Counted from the stretch's first letter, positions 19,976-30,942 are shown. The stretch is DNA of 64,000 nt from Thermoanaerobaculia bacterium (GCA_022822365.1 JAJEBV010000015.1:157688-221687); one strand, 5' to 3'. The notes: a model not told the origin generated them from the sequence alone. Numbers and translations are program-made.

Positions 19976-21370
19976 CCCCCGCCAGTCTTCTGCGTGCCGG
20001 CGTCCTGCTGGCCGGCTTGGCCTGGGGAGGGGCGCTCTCGGCCGAAGACTGGCCGCAGTGGCGCGGCGCCGACCGGCTCGGCATCTGGACCGAGACCGGA
20101 ATCCTCCGCGAGTTTCCCGACGAAGGACTCGTCGTCAAGTGGCGGGTACCGGTGGGCAGCGGCTTCGCCGGCCCCGCCGTGGCCGGCGGCCGCGTGTTCG
20201 TCCTCGACTACGTGGAGACCGAGCGGCGCACGATGCAGGGGAACGAACGCATCCAGGCCCTCGACGAAGACAGCGGCGAGGTGCTGTGGACGCACGAGTG
20301 GGCCACGGCCTACGGGGTCCTGATGGCCAGCTACGCGAGCGGCCCGCGTGCCACGCCGACCGTCGACGGCGACCGCGTCTACCTGCTCGGCGCGACGGGA
20401 CGCATCTTCTGCCTGGACGTCGCGACCGGCGACGTGGTCTGGGAGAAGGACACCGTGGCCGAGTACGACGTGCTCGTCCCGGTCTGGGGTACCTCGATCG
20501 CGCCCATCGTCGACGGCGACCGCGTCATCTACGTCGTCGGGGCCCAGCCGGACGCGTTCGTCATGGCCTTCGACAAGCACACCGGCGAGGAGCGCTGGCG
20601 GGCGCTCGAGCCTCGCAGCGAGCTGGGCTACAGCCAGCCGAACATCATCGAGGCGGGCGGCGTACGGCAGTTGATCGTCTGGCACCCGGCCGGCCTCTCC
20701 TCGCTCGACCCGGAAACCGGCGCGCTGTACTGGGAAGAGCTGTTCCCGGGCGGACAGGCGCCGATCGCCGACGCCGTACACAGCGGGTCGTACCTGCTGG
20801 TATCCGGGTTCTACACCGGCTCGCTGATGATGCAGCTCGCGAGCGAGCGACCGGCCGCGACGGTTCTCTGGAAGGACAGCGGCACCGACCGCATCCTGGA
20901 AGACGGCGTCGAGGTCGCCGAGACGGACGGACTGCACTCGAACATCACGACGCCGCTGATCCTGGGCGACACGATCTACGGCATCTGCAGTCACGGAGAG
21001 GTGCGCGGACTGCGGGCGGACACCGGGGAACGGATCTGGGAGGCCGAGGGCCTGACCAACCGGGAGCGCTGGGCCTCGGCCCACTTCGTGCGGCACGAGG
21101 ATCGCTACGTTCGTGTACAACGAGAAGGGCGAACTCCTCATCGCCCGGTTCACGCCGGAGGGCTACGTCGAACTCGACCGCACCCACCTCCTCGAGCCGA
21201 CCTCCCGCACCGGCTACGGCCGGTCGCGGCCCGGCACCCGGTCCCGAACGCGGCACGGCCAGAGCGACCGCCTGGTCGTCTGGTCCCATCCGGCTTTCGC
21301 CAACCGCCACGTCGTGCTGCGGAACGACGAGGAGATCATCCGCGTATCGCTGGACGAGGGCGACTACTAG
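19972..21370 (+). pseudogene. BamB-like PQQ beta-propeller protein with a +1 frameshift at about 21109
   Basis: DWPQWRG, ATPTVDG and WSHPAFAN motifs are split over two frames. Removing G21109 restores HEDRYFVYNEKGEL. Confidence 0.8.
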
Positions 21371-21383
21371 GGCAAGGCACACC

Positions 21384-22250
21384 ATGGAGGAAGGGCCGTT
21401 CCTGCGGAGAATCCAGGCGGAGTTCCCCGACCTGCGGTGGACATCGCACCGATACCTGCCCCACGGCTGGGACCACGCGGTCGTCATCCTCGACGAAGCC
21501 ATCGTCGTTCGGGCCCCGAGGGCGCAGGCGTACCGGGATGCACTCGCCGACGAGGTGCGGCTGCTGCGCTACCTCCAGCCGCGGGTCGACGTCGGCATCC
21601 CCGACTACACCTACCAGTCCGCCGACGGCTCGTTCGCCGGCTACCCGCTGCTCTCCGGCCGCGAGCTGGACGTCGACTCCTTCCGCGAACTCTCCGACAA
21701 CCAGCGGGGGCGGATCGCAGACCAGCTCGCCGCGTTCCTCTCCGCGGTCCACGAGATCCCGAGATCGATCGCGCGAAAGTTCGGTGTCTCCGAACCGGAC
21801 CCGCGGAAGGACCTAGACGATCTTCGCCGCGACACCGAGGCGCTCGTGCTCCCGCGCCTTGCGCCGCACGAAGTGCCCGTTGTCCAGGCGTTCCTGACCG
21901 AGATGGCCGCCGAGTCGAGAACCGTCCATCCCAAGACTCTCATTCACGGCGACCTCAGTGGCGAGCACATCCTCTGGGACGCCGAGACCCAGCAGGTCAA
22001 CATCATCGACTTCAGCGACCGCTCGATCGGCGACGTCGCGCTTGACTTCGCCTACCTCCATGCGTACGGGAGCGAGTTCATCGAACAGGTCCTGGAGCGG
22101 TACCGCGGACCGAAGGACGAAGGGACGCTGCGACGGGCGCGGCTGTACTTCAGACGGGGGGCACTGGAGACAATGGTCCATTCGCTCCAGGGCTATCCAT
22201 GCACCTTCGAGGAAGGCCACGCGGAGTTTCTCGCGCGGTTCGCACCGTGA
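21384..22250 (+). CDS. Aminoglycoside phosphotransferase / APH-like kinase family protein
   Basis: HGWDH, HGDLSGEH (Brenner motif), IIDFSD. Start at ATG 21384. Confidence 0.85.
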   Translation: MEEGPFLRRIQAEFPDLRWTSHRYLPHGWDHAVVILDEAIVVRAPRAQAYRDALADEVRLLRYLQPRVDVGIPDYTYQSADGSFAGYPLLSGRELDVDSFRELSDNQRGRIADQLAAFLSAVHEIPRSIARKFGVSEPDPRKDLDDLRRDTEALVLPRLAPHEVPVVQAFLTEMAAESRTVHPKTLIHGDLSGEHILWDAETQQVNIIDFSDRSIGDVALDFAYLHAYGSEFIEQVLERYRGPKDEGTLRRARLYFRRGALETMVHSLQGYPCTFEEGHAEFLARFAP

Positions 22251-22277
22251 GCGTCACCGCGGCACGGGCCGGCGAGA

Positions 22278-22351
22278 TGGCTGGGAGGCAGGGATTCGAA
22301 CCCCGATTCTACGGTCCAGAGCCGCATGTCCTACCGTTAGACGACCTCCCA
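22278..22351 (-). tRNA. tRNA-Gln(CUG)
   Basis: Acceptor stem TGGGAGG/CCTCCCA, anticodon loop CT-CTG-GA, GTTCGAATC T-arm, encoded CCA. Confidence 0.97.
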
Positions 22352-22386
22352 GCGGTAGCGGCAAGCCGGGCAGTTTAGCAGCGGCG

Positions 22387-23187
22387 CTACGCCTTGTGAC
22401 GCGTGCCCGGCGCCGGCGGCGTCTCCGGCCCGCCGGCGAAGCACTGGGCCATGCCCATCCACTCGGTGGCGATGGGCCCCGTGACCTCCAGCGAGGTGTC
22501 GGCGATGTTGCGGACCTGTGTCACCACCTGGGCGAACTCGACGGCCGAGCCGGAAACCCGGTTGTCGGTCTCTTCCGCGTTCCAGGTCCATACCTCGCCG
22601 GAAGGCGCGGTCAGTTCGAGCGCCGGCACGACGCCCGGCACCTCGAGCCCGCGCACCATGTACGTCCAGCCGAACGTGTTGAAGCCCAGGAAGACGATGT
22701 TCCGGATCCGGTCGGCCTCTTCGCGGTCGAGGCCGAGAACGTCGAAGACCTCCTGGCCGTGGGCCCAGGTCTCCATCTGCCGGGCGGTGACCGAACTCCG
22801 CACGCTCATCGGCGGTCCGAACCACTCGACGCGTTTCCGCGGATCGATCCCTTCGAGCCGGTCGCACATCCGCGGGTAGTACTCGCGCCAGATGTCGTAG
22901 ACGGCGCGGTTGCACTTGCCCTCGAACCACTCGTCCGTCAGCTCGCGGAGGTTGAGCCGTCCGCGGCGCTCGGCCATGAACTGCTTGAAGGCGTCGAAGG
23001 CGGACTGATCCTGGTACGAGGCGTCGGCGGCGTAGTTGAAGATGTGGAGATGCGCGACGACGTCGTGCAGCGTCCAGCCCTTGAACAGGGTGGCCCGCTC
23101 GAAGTCGGCGTCCGCGAGGGGGTCCAGGACCTCGGCGAGGGAGTCGCACTCGGCCCGGAAGTCGGCGATCTGGGAGAAGCTGCTCAC
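22387..23187 (-). CDS. TIGR03084-like metal-binding protein (DinB/maleylpyruvate isomerase superfamily)
   Basis: TLFKGWTLHDVVAHL, ARQMETWAHGQ, FAGGP. Start moved to GTG 23187. Confidence 0.78.
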   Translation of the reverse strand: MSSFSQIADFRAECDSLAEVLDPLADADFERATLFKGWTLHDVVAHLHIFNYAADASYQDQSAFDAFKQFMAERRGRLNLRELTDEWFEGKCNRAVYDIWREYYPRMCDRLEGIDPRKRVEWFGPPMSVRSSVTARQMETWAHGQEVFDVLGLDREEADRIRNIVFLGFNTFGWTYMVRGLEVPGVVPALELTAPSGEVWTWNAEETDNRVSGSAVEFAQVVTQVRNIADTSLEVTGPIATEWMGMAQCFAGGPETPPAPGTRHKA

Positions 23188-23209
23188 GTCGTGCGCGAGG
23201 CGGGGTCGT

Positions 23210-24340
23210 CTACCGGTTCCCGGCCGCGAGGGCTTCCTGCTCGAGTATCCGAGCACCGCGCATGATGCCGCCCATCGCGTAGTTCCCTTCGTGGCAGGCG
23301 TACTCGTAGAGCTTGCCGTTCATCGGCCGCCAGGGGTACTCGCCGCTCCAGGGCTCCGTCCACGTCGCCGGGTCCTCCACGGTGAACCCGTAGAGCAGCG
23401 TGTCGGGACCCAGCCGGGAGAAGCGCTCGGTGACCTTCCTTTGCGCCGAGATGTCCCGGTGCTCGCGGAAGTTCCTCGTCTCGACGACGAGCGTGTCGCC
23501 CTCCCAGTAGCCGACGGAGTCGCCCATCAGGAACGTCACGTCCGCGGGCGGATGCTCCGAGTTCAGGCGGACGATCCGGGCGTCGTGGATCTGCTCGGCC
23601 AGGACCATGAAGTAGTCGTCGGTCTGCACGACGCGCTTCGTGTTGTTGTAGAGCGACGGCATCATCGGCGGTCCCGAGCGGCTGCGGCTCAGGATGCAGC
23701 GCTCGGCGAGCGGCCGCAGCTCGATGTCGTCGTACGGGCCGACCTCCTGGCCCAGCCACCAGGCGGTTCCCGTGTTCGCGTGCCGGAAAGCCGCAATACG
23801 GGCGGCCGTCTTCTCGCGGCCATCCTCGGTCATCGAAGGCATGCGCCCGTTCTTCGGGTCGGTGATGATCGACGTCCGGAACTCGCCGTCGATCTCGAAG
23901 GCGCTGTCGCCCTGGTCGACCCAGAACCAGTTGTAGCCACCGACCCGGCCGGCGCCGAGGGCCTCGCCCGCTTCCGGATCGTCCTCGAAGCCGAACGCGC
24001 TCGCGCCGCCGACGGCGGGCGCTTCGCGCTCCGGATTGCTCCAGCGTTGCGCGTTCGCCGCGAACTCGGCTCGCTCGCGGGCGATCTCCGCGGCCTGTTC
24101 CTTCGTCAGCGAGAGCCGGTCACCGAGCTCCACCGGCCGCTGCAGCGGAGTGACCGTCGCCGTGTCGTAGGTGCCGGTGAAGTCCGGCCGTCCCGATGCC
24201 GTCCGCGGCTCGTCCTGCGAGGCGGCGGCACCCACCACGCACACGGCGAATCCGAAGACCAGAGCGACTGCGGCGGCGCGGGTGCGGCGGGGCGCGGAGC
24301 GTCTTTCGTTCCAGCTACTGCTCACGCTCGTCTCCTTCAT
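23210..24340 (-). CDS. Conserved exported hypothetical protein (C-terminal EYACHEGN motif)
   Basis: Signal-like segment, GRPDFTG, ERC, GDSVGYWEGDTLVVET, YEYACHEGNY; coding-like codon usage. Confidence 0.8.
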   Translation of the reverse strand: MKETSVSSSWNERRSAPRRTRAAAVALVFGFAVCVVGAAASQDEPRTASGRPDFTGTYDTATVTPLQRPVELGDRLSLTKEQAAEIARERAEFAANAQRWSNPEREAPAVGGASAFGFEDDPEAGEALGAGRVGGYNWFWVDQGDSAFEIDGEFRTSIITDPKNGRMPSMTEDGREKTAARIAAFRHANTGTAWWLGQEVGPYDDIELRPLAERCILSRSRSGPPMMPSLYNNTKRVVQTDDYFMVLAEQIHDARIVRLNSEHPPADVTFLMGDSVGYWEGDTLVVETRNFREHRDISAQRKVTERFSRLGPDTLLYGFTVEDPATWTEPWSGEYPWRPMNGKLYEYACHEGNYAMGGIMRGARILEQEALAAGNR

Positions 24341-24493
24341 GGAAGGTCCATGGACTGATGGTCGACTCAAAGGCTACAACGGCCGCGGCGCTACCCTGAC
24401 GCCGCGGGACCTGCGATACTGTCCGGTCAGCCAGCAAGTCGTCGCCCCGGAACGGCTGCCGGACCTTCCAGGACCTGAGAGGAGAACGAACTC

Positions 24494-25003
24494 ATGGCGA
24501 TCGCCTTCACCCTGAACGGCAAGTCGACGACGGTCGAGGCGCCGCCGGAGATGCCCCTGCTGTGGGTGCTCCGCGACGAACTCGACCTCAAGGGAACCAA
24601 GTTCGGCTGCGGCCGGTCCTTCTGCGGGGCCTGCACCGTGCACGTCAACGGCGAGCCGGAGCGCAGTTGCCGCATGCCCGTGTCGCGCGCCGAGGGGAAG
24701 GAGATCACGACGATCGAGGGGCTGTCCGAGGACGGCGCCCATCCCGTGCAGGTCGCCTGGCAGGAGATCGACGTTCCGCAGTGCGGCTACTGCCAGGCCG
24801 GCCAGATCATGTCGGCCTCGGCGCTGCTCGCGGGCAACCCGCAGCCGACGGACGGGGACATCGACGAGGCGATGAGCGGCAACATCTGCCGCTGCGCGAC
24901 CTACGGCCGCATCCGGGCGGCGATCCACCACGCCGCGAAGCTCGCGCAGGCGCCGCCGACCAGCCACGAGACGGCCACGGGAGCGGGAGGGAGTGAGGCA
25001 TGA
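24494..25003 (+). CDS. iorA: (2Fe-2S) subunit, isoquinoline 1-oxidoreductase alpha-like
   Basis: [32 protein letters not shown]. Confidence 0.92.
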   Translation: MAIAFTLNGKSTTVEAPPEMPLLWVLRDELDLKGTKFGCGRSFCGACTVHVNGEPERSCRMPVSRAEGKEITTIEGLSEDGAHPVQVAWQEIDVPQCGYCQAGQIMSASALLAGNPQPTDGDIDEAMSGNICRCATYGRIRAAIHHAAKLAQAPPTSHETATGAGGSEA

Positions 25004-27228
25004 ACGCGGTAGACAAGACAGGCAACCTCTCCCGCCGCGGCTTCCTTCACGTCACCGCCCTGGCGGGCGGCGGCATGCTGATCGGCGCCCGCTTCTCGCT
25101 GGACGGCGCGCGCGGCGCCGCCGCTGCCACCGCCGGCGCCGACGCGGCGCTCAACGCCTTCATCCGCCTGACGCCGGACGGCATCGCGACGATCATGGCC
25201 CAGAACCCCGAGATCGGTCAGGGCGTCAAGACGATGCTGCCGATGCTCATCGCCGAAGAGCTCGACATCCCCTGGAGCCAGGTCCGCGTCGAGCAGGCGG
25301 ATTTCGATTCAACGAAGTACCGCGGCCAGATGGCCGGCGGCAGCATGGCGACGCCGATGCACTACCAGTCGATGCGCCGCGTGGGCGCCGCCGCCCGCGC
25401 CATGCTCGTCGCGGCCGCGGCCAAGCAGTGGAAGACCGACCCCGAGAAGTGCACCACCGAGGCCGGCGTCGTCCACTTCAAGAAGAAGTCGCTGTCCTAC
25501 GGCGAGCTGGCGACCGCCGCGGCGGAGATCGAGCCGCCCAATCCCCGGACGGTCCCGCTCAAGGACCCCGCGGACTTCCGGATCATCGGCCAGGAGATTC
25601 CCGGCGTCGACAACCCGAAGATCGTCACCGGCGAGCCGCTCTTCGGCATCGACGTCACGGTACCCGGCATGAAGTACGCCGTGTTCGAGAAGTGCCGGGT
25701 CCACGGCGGCAAGGTGAAGACCGCCAATCTCGACGCGGTCAAGGCCTCGCCCGGCGTCACCGACGCCTTCGTCGTCGACGCGACCGCTCAAGCCGAAAGC
25801 GCCGCGGCCTCGTTCTCGATGTTCCAGGTCGCGCCGCCCAACGGCATCGCCATCGTCGGCGACTCCTGGTGGCTGGTCAACGAGGCGCGGAGCAAGCTCG
25901 AGGTCACCTGGGACGAGGGCCCGACCGCGTCCCAGAGCACCGCGGCCTTCGACCGGCAGGCCGAGGAACTGTCGATGCAGGCGCCGGAACGGGACCTCAG
26001 GAACGACGGCGACGCGGCCGGGGCCCTGGCCTCCGCAGCGAAGACGCTCGAGGCCGCCTACCAGTACCCCTTCCTCGCCCACGCGCCGCTCGAACCGCAG
26101 AACACGACCGCGCACTTCCACCACGGCGGGCTCGAGATGTGGGCGCCGATCCAGACTCCGCAGTTCGCGCGCGGCGACCTGGCCAAGACGCTGGGCATCC
26201 CGGAGGACCAGATCACGATCCACCTGACCCGGATGGGCGGAGGCTTCGGCAGGCGCCTGTACTGGGACTACATGCTCGAGGCGGCGCTGATCGCGCGGCA
26301 GGCGGGAGTTCCGGTCAAGCTGGTGTGGACGCGCGAAGACGACACGCGTTTCGACTTCTTCCGCCCCGGCGGCTACCACTATCTGAAGGGCGGTCTCGAC
26401 GACTCCGGAAACCTCGTGGCCTGGCGCGACCACTTCGTGTCGTTCGGCGAAGGCCCGCGCTTCGCCCCGAGCGCGGAGATGGCCCCGAACGAGTTCCCGC
26501 AGGCGTTCGTGCCGAACTTCGCTCTGCAGGCATCGAAGATGCCCCTCGGCATCCCGACTGGAGCGCTGCGTGCTCCGACCAGCAACGCGATCTCGTTCGT
26601 CGTCCAGTCGTTCATCGACGAACTCGCGGCCGAGGCCGGCAAGGACCCGCTGCAGTTCCGGCTCGACCTGCTCGACGCGGCGCCGGACGGCATGAGGCCG
26701 GCCTTCGACGCGAAGCGCATGAAGGCAGTGCTCGAACTCGTCCGCGACAAGTCCGGCTGGGGCACGGCGGACCTGCCCGAGGGCACCGGCCAGGGCGTGG
26801 CCTTCCACTTCAGCCACCGCGGCTACTTCGCCGAAGTCGTCCAGGCCACGGTCAGCAAGGAAGGCGAACTCGGCGTCGACCGGATCTGGGTCGCCGGCGA
26901 CGTCGGCAGGCAGCTCGTCAACCCGAGCAACGCCGTCAACCAGGTCCAGGGCGCGGCCCTCGACGGACTAGCCCAGGCGCTCGACCAGGAGATCACCTTC
27001 GAAGGCGGCCGCACGAAGGAGAGCAACTTCCACAACTTCAAGCTGCTCCGCATCGACCAGGCGCCGCCGGTGGAAGTCCACTGGGTCATGAGCGACAACC
27101 AGCCCACGGGGTTGGGCGAGCCGGCGCTGCCGCCGGTCCCGCCGGCGTTGTGCAACGCGATCTTCGCGGTGACCGGCAAGCGAATCCGGTCGCTGCCCAT
27201 CGCCAAGCACGACCTAAGCTGGACCTAG
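25000..27228 (+). CDS. iorB: Molybdopterin-binding subunit, isoquinoline 1-oxidoreductase beta-like, Tat-exported
   Basis: SRRGFL Tat motif, [21 protein letters not shown]; overlaps the iorA stop. Confidence 0.92.
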   Translation: MNAVDKTGNLSRRGFLHVTALAGGGMLIGARFSLDGARGAAAATAGADAALNAFIRLTPDGIATIMAQNPEIGQGVKTMLPMLIAEELDIPWSQVRVEQADFDSTKYRGQMAGGSMATPMHYQSMRRVGAAARAMLVAAAAKQWKTDPEKCTTEAGVVHFKKKSLSYGELATAAAEIEPPNPRTVPLKDPADFRIIGQEIPGVDNPKIVTGEPLFGIDVTVPGMKYAVFEKCRVHGGKVKTANLDAVKASPGVTDAFVVDATAQAESAAASFSMFQVAPPNGIAIVGDSWWLVNEARSKLEVTWDEGPTASQSTAAFDRQAEELSMQAPERDLRNDGDAAGALASAAKTLEAAYQYPFLAHAPLEPQNTTAHFHHGGLEMWAPIQTPQFARGDLAKTLGIPEDQITIHLTRMGGGFGRRLYWDYMLEAALIARQAGVPVKLVWTREDDTRFDFFRPGGYHYLKGGLDDSGNLVAWRDHFVSFGEGPRFAPSAEMAPNEFPQAFVPNFALQASKMPLGIPTGALRAPTSNAISFVVQSFIDELAAEAGKDPLQFRLDLLDAAPDGMRPAFDAKRMKAVLELVRDKSGWGTADLPEGTGQGVAFHFSHRGYFAEVVQATVSKEGELGVDRIWVAGDVGRQLVNPSNAVNQVQGAALDGLAQALDQEITFEGGRTKESNFHNFKLLRIDQAPPVEVHWVMSDNQPTGLGEPALPPVPPALCNAIFAVTGKRIRSLPIAKHDLSWT

Positions 27229-27302
27229 CTCTGCTGGGTGCGCGGGTCTTCTGACCCGCTGCCGCCGAAGGCGGCCGGAAAACCGCGCCGCGAAGCGGCG
27301 AC
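27229..27302 (+). repeat. Triple-hairpin REP-like element, copy 2
   Basis: Core at 27237-27275; third hairpin CGCCGC-GAA-GCGGCG; begins right after the iorB stop. Confidence 0.9.
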
Positions 27303-27303
27303 G

Positions 27304-27903
27304 ATGTTCCCCCGCAGCTACAATCGCTCAACCGTGCGCAACACGATCATCGCAACCGCCGTCCTAGCCCTGATCGCCGCCCTCGTCGCGGCCGCGCAGG
27401 ACGCCAAGCCATCCCTCGACGGCATGGCCACGCCCACCTACACCGCCAACGGCGACCTCATCCTCCCCGAGGACTACCGCACCTGGATCTTCGTCGGAGC
27501 CTCCCTAGGCCTCAGCTACAGCGAAGGCGCCGCCGAGCGCGAAGGCCCCGGCGCCTTCACCAACGTCTACATCCAGCCGCAGGCCTACCGCTACTTCATG
27601 GAGACCGGCGAGTTCCCCGAGGGAACCATGCTCCCCATGGACATCTACCGCCCCGGCTCCCGCGAGTCGATCAACCAAGCCGGCTACTTCGAGAAGGACT
27701 TCCTCGGCATGGAAGTGGCCGTCAAGGACAGCGAGCGGTACGAAGACGGCTGGGCCTACCTCAGCTTCCGCGACCGGTCCGGAGGCCTGAGGGCGTCGGC
27801 TTCAGCGTTCCCGAAGGACAGGTGCTACGACTGCCACGCGGAGCACGCTGCGACGGACAATGTGTTCACGCAGTTCTATCCGGTGTTGCAGCGGGGGGAG
27901 TAG
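27304..27903 (+). CDS. Cytochrome P460 / c'-beta family protein
   Basis: LILPEDYRTW, NVYIQP, TGEFPEGT, AVKD, CYDCH, VFTQFYPVL. Start is 27304 or GTG 27334. Confidence 0.88.
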   Translation: MFPRSYNRSTVRNTIIATAVLALIAALVAAAQDAKPSLDGMATPTYTANGDLILPEDYRTWIFVGASLGLSYSEGAAEREGPGAFTNVYIQPQAYRYFMETGEFPEGTMLPMDIYRPGSRESINQAGYFEKDFLGMEVAVKDSERYEDGWAYLSFRDRSGGLRASASAFPKDRCYDCHAEHAATDNVFTQFYPVLQRGE

Positions 27904-28153
27904 GCGAGCGCTACCCTAGCTCGCCCTCCCATCTGTGAAGGACACCGGCCGCTCTCAGCCAAGGGCCTCTAAGCGCCTTCTCCAGCGCTCAGTCGCGCGA
28001 CCGCGATCTGGGGCCAGTCTGGTCCGCTCTATGCTGTTGACATCCGGATGATCGAGACGCCCCGTCGCTACGGGAACGAGCTGACCCTGGACTTGTAACC
28101 TGTTCGCGGTACCGACCCCGTCCTTCTTCACCTGCGCCCCCCGGGAGACTCGT

Positions 28154-29719
28154 ATGCGCTTTCTCGTCCTGCCGGCCTCGATATGCCTTGCCCTTCCGGG
28201 ATTGACACTCGGCGCCGATTCCCCAGCGGACCGATGCGCCGGGCTCTACTCCCTTTCCGATGCGGACCATGCCGTGGAATCGGGCGTGCTGGTCTCCACC
28301 ACGGGCGACACGCCGGCACACTGCCGGGTCCGGGGCACGATAGACGGGACGATCCGCTTCGAGGTCCGCATGCCGGCCGAAGGCTGGACGGGGCGGTTCA
28401 TGTTCCACGCCCCGGGAGGCCTGGCCGGCGTGATCGGGGACACCAGCAGCCTGCTCGACGACGGCTTCGCCATGGCGACGACCGACACCGGCCATGACTC
28501 GGAGAACGACCCGTCCTTCTACCGGGACGATCACGCGAAGCTCAACTTCGCCTTCCGCGCGAATCACCTGAGCACGGTGCTGTCCAAGCGCATCATCCAG
28601 GAGTTCTACGGCCGGCCGGTGCAGCACGCGTACCTGTGGGGCTGCTCCAACGGCGGGCGTGCGGCGCTGGTGGAGGCGTTGCGCTATCCGGACGACTACG
28701 ACGGCATCATCGCCGGGGCTCCGGCAGTCGACTACGGGCATGGCCTGCTGGCATGGGCGCTGGAGGTGACCCGGCACCAGGGCCGCAACCCCCTTACCCC
28801 GGAGTCCGTGGTGCTGCTGGAGGCCAACACCAGGAGAGCCTGCGACCTGCTCGACGGCGTTGCCGACGGTCTGGTCGGGGATCCCCGCAAATGCACGGTC
28901 GAACTGCTCGAACTCGACGCTCTGGAGTGCCGGAACGGTCCCGCCGCCGATTGCCTCACGGCGGGCCAGATCGATACGGCCCGCTACGTGTACACCGGGA
29001 TCACCGACGAGTCGGGCGCCGTCGTGGTGCCGGGGGTCTATCCCGGCGGGGAACTGGGCGGCGACTTCGAGCTCTGGGTGACCGGTCCCGTGCCCTTCCT
29101 CGAGGGGACGGCGTCCGACACGACGGTCGAAGTGCTGGAGGCCGTGATGCACCGCAAACCGGGTTTCAGCATCGAGACCTTCGACCCGGTGAGGGACCTT
29201 GACGAGTTGAAGGACACGATGGTCTCGGTGGACATCCCGGCGCCCGACTTCAGCAGGTTCCAGGAGAGCGGCGGCAAGCTCATCATCTACAACGGCTGGC
29301 ATGACCAGCCCTGCCGCGCCAGGGCGCTCGAGGGCTTCCTGGCGGAGGCCGAGAAACTGAACGGGGAAGGGCTGGACGACTACCTGCGCGCGTTCCTGGC
29401 TCCGGGCATGGTCCACTGCATTGGCGGCCCGGGCGCCTGGGCCGCCGACTACGTGCAGGCCATCGTCGACTGGGTCGAGAACGACACGGCACCCGACCGG
29501 ATCATCGCGGAGCACCCCGGGAACTTCACGTTCATGGAGGGCCAGGTGGCCATTGGCGGCAGGACGGTCAGCTGGAGTGAAGCCATTCTCGAGGCCGGCG
29601 AAGCGCTGGAGGACAGGAAGCGCTTCTCGCGTCCGCTTTGCCCCTATCCCCAGTACGCGCGGTACAGGGGATCCGGGGACACGAACGACGCCGAGAACTA
29701 CGCCTGCGTCGAGGACTAA
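28154..29719 (+). CDS. Tannase/feruloyl esterase family alpha/beta hydrolase
   Basis: TDTGH, GCSNGGR, DGIIAGAP, GWHD, PGMVHC, RPLCPYP. Confidence 0.92.
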   Translation: MRFLVLPASICLALPGLTLGADSPADRCAGLYSLSDADHAVESGVLVSTTGDTPAHCRVRGTIDGTIRFEVRMPAEGWTGRFMFHAPGGLAGVIGDTSSLLDDGFAMATTDTGHDSENDPSFYRDDHAKLNFAFRANHLSTVLSKRIIQEFYGRPVQHAYLWGCSNGGRAALVEALRYPDDYDGIIAGAPAVDYGHGLLAWALEVTRHQGRNPLTPESVVLLEANTRRACDLLDGVADGLVGDPRKCTVELLELDALECRNGPAADCLTAGQIDTARYVYTGITDESGAVVVPGVYPGGELGGDFELWVTGPVPFLEGTASDTTVEVLEAVMHRKPGFSIETFDPVRDLDELKDTMVSVDIPAPDFSRFQESGGKLIIYNGWHDQPCRARALEGFLAEAEKLNGEGLDDYLRAFLAPGMVHCIGGPGAWAADYVQAIVDWVENDTAPDRIIAEHPGNFTFMEGQVAIGGRTVSWSEAILEAGEALEDRKRFSRPLCPYPQYARYRGSGDTNDAENYACVED

Positions 29720-30939
29720 CGGACGTCGACGCGGTCGCCGTCGGCGAGCGCCGGCGGACCCTCGACGACCACGCGCTCGCCGGCCGACAGGCCAGCCAGC
29801 ACTTCGACGACGCCACCGTCATCGAGACCGGTTGTAACGGCCCGCCGCTCGACCGTTTCGCCGCGCGCCACGAAGACGACCCGCCCGTCGCCCTCGCTTC
29901 GAAGCGCCTCGGACGGGATCCAGAGTCTGGGCTCGGCATCGGGGGCGGCCTCCTCCGGCGCCCCGGCCTCAAGGAACGCCACGTTGACTCCCATGTCCGG
30001 CAGGATGCGGGAGTCGCCCAGCTCGTCGAAGCCGATCCGCACCAGGACCGTCGCGCGTTGGCGGTCGGCGGCCGGAATCGTCGTGATGACGCGGGCCGGT
30101 ATCTCCCAGTCGGGGTAGGCGTTGAGAACTGCCACCACGCGCTGTCCGGACGAGACCCGGTCGATGTAGCTCTCGTTCACGTCGACCTCGATCTCGAGCG
30201 ATGACATGTCGACGATCGTGCAGACGCCGGTGCGCGTGAACCCGCCGCCGGCGCTGACCGGGGAGATGATCTCTCCCGGCTGAGCGTCCCTGGAGACGGC
30301 CACGCCGCTGAACGGCGCGCGGATGACGGTCTCCTCCAGGGCGGTTCGGCGCACGTCGAACTCGCGCTCGGCCACGACGACAAGCTCGCGCTGGTTGGCG
30401 ATCCGCGCCGCGAGCGAGTCCGCTTCGGCCCGCGCCGCGTCGAGAGCCGTCTGTGCGATCAGGCGCTCGTCCAGCAACCGGCGCTGGCGATCCAGGTCGA
30501 GGCGCGCCTCCTCGTGACGCACCTCGAGCTCGGCCAGGGCGCCCCGCACCGCAACGAGCTGAGCCTCGGCAAGTGCCAAGTACGAGCGCTCGGCGGCATC
30601 GTCGATCCTGGCGAGGACCTGGCCTTCGGTCACCGCCATCCCCTCCTCGACGAGCACGTCGACGATGCGCCCCGTGACCTTGGAGGAAACGGTCGTCTGC
30701 AGGCGCGCCGTCACGTAGCCGGAAGCGTCCAGCACCGTCGGCTGGCCGTCGGCCGGCAACGTCTGCCGCACCGCCGCGGTCCGCACGGCGGGGATCCGGG
30801 ACTCTTCCCACCAGCGCCAGCCCGCGACGCTCCCACCGCCCAGGACGGCAAGGACGAGAACGAGCCAGACGAACCGGGCGATCCGGGACCGGCCATTCCC
30901 CGACCGGTCGATCTTCAGTTCGTCGAGTGCCGCGGCCAT
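29716..30939 (-). CDS. Efflux periplasmic adaptor (MFP) subunit
   Basis: LDASGYVTAR, IRAPFSG, LEIEVDVNESYI, ILPDMG. Confidence 0.9.
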   Translation of the reverse strand: MAAALDELKIDRSGNGRSRIARFVWLVLVLAVLGGGSVAGWRWWEESRIPAVRTAAVRQTLPADGQPTVLDASGYVTARLQTTVSSKVTGRIVDVLVEEGMAVTEGQVLARIDDAAERSYLALAEAQLVAVRGALAELEVRHEEARLDLDRQRRLLDERLIAQTALDAARAEADSLAARIANQRELVVVAEREFDVRRTALEETVIRAPFSGVAVSRDAQPGEIISPVSAGGGFTRTGVCTIVDMSSLEIEVDVNESYIDRVSSGQRVVAVLNAYPDWEIPARVITTIPAADRQRATVLVRIGFDELGDSRILPDMGVNVAFLEAGAPEEAAPDAEPRLWIPSEALRSEGDGRVVFVARGETVERRAVTTGLDDGGVVEVLAGLSAGERVVVEGPPALADGDRVDVR

Positions 30940-30942
30940 GAT

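Noticed and set aside
19681-22250. Track ORFs of 711 aa and 730 aa that look like fusions
   Set aside because: Artefacts: the first results from the frameshift at 21109; the second is an upstream extension of the APH gene.
24381-27930. Hairpins sharing a CTACCCT loop at about 24385 and 27905
   Set aside because: The stems are unrelated, and the shared 7-mer is better explained as a TAnnnT -10-like box or chance.
27904-28153. Possible gene remnant between the P460-family gene and the esterase
   Set aside because: No frame gave a recognisable protein fragment.
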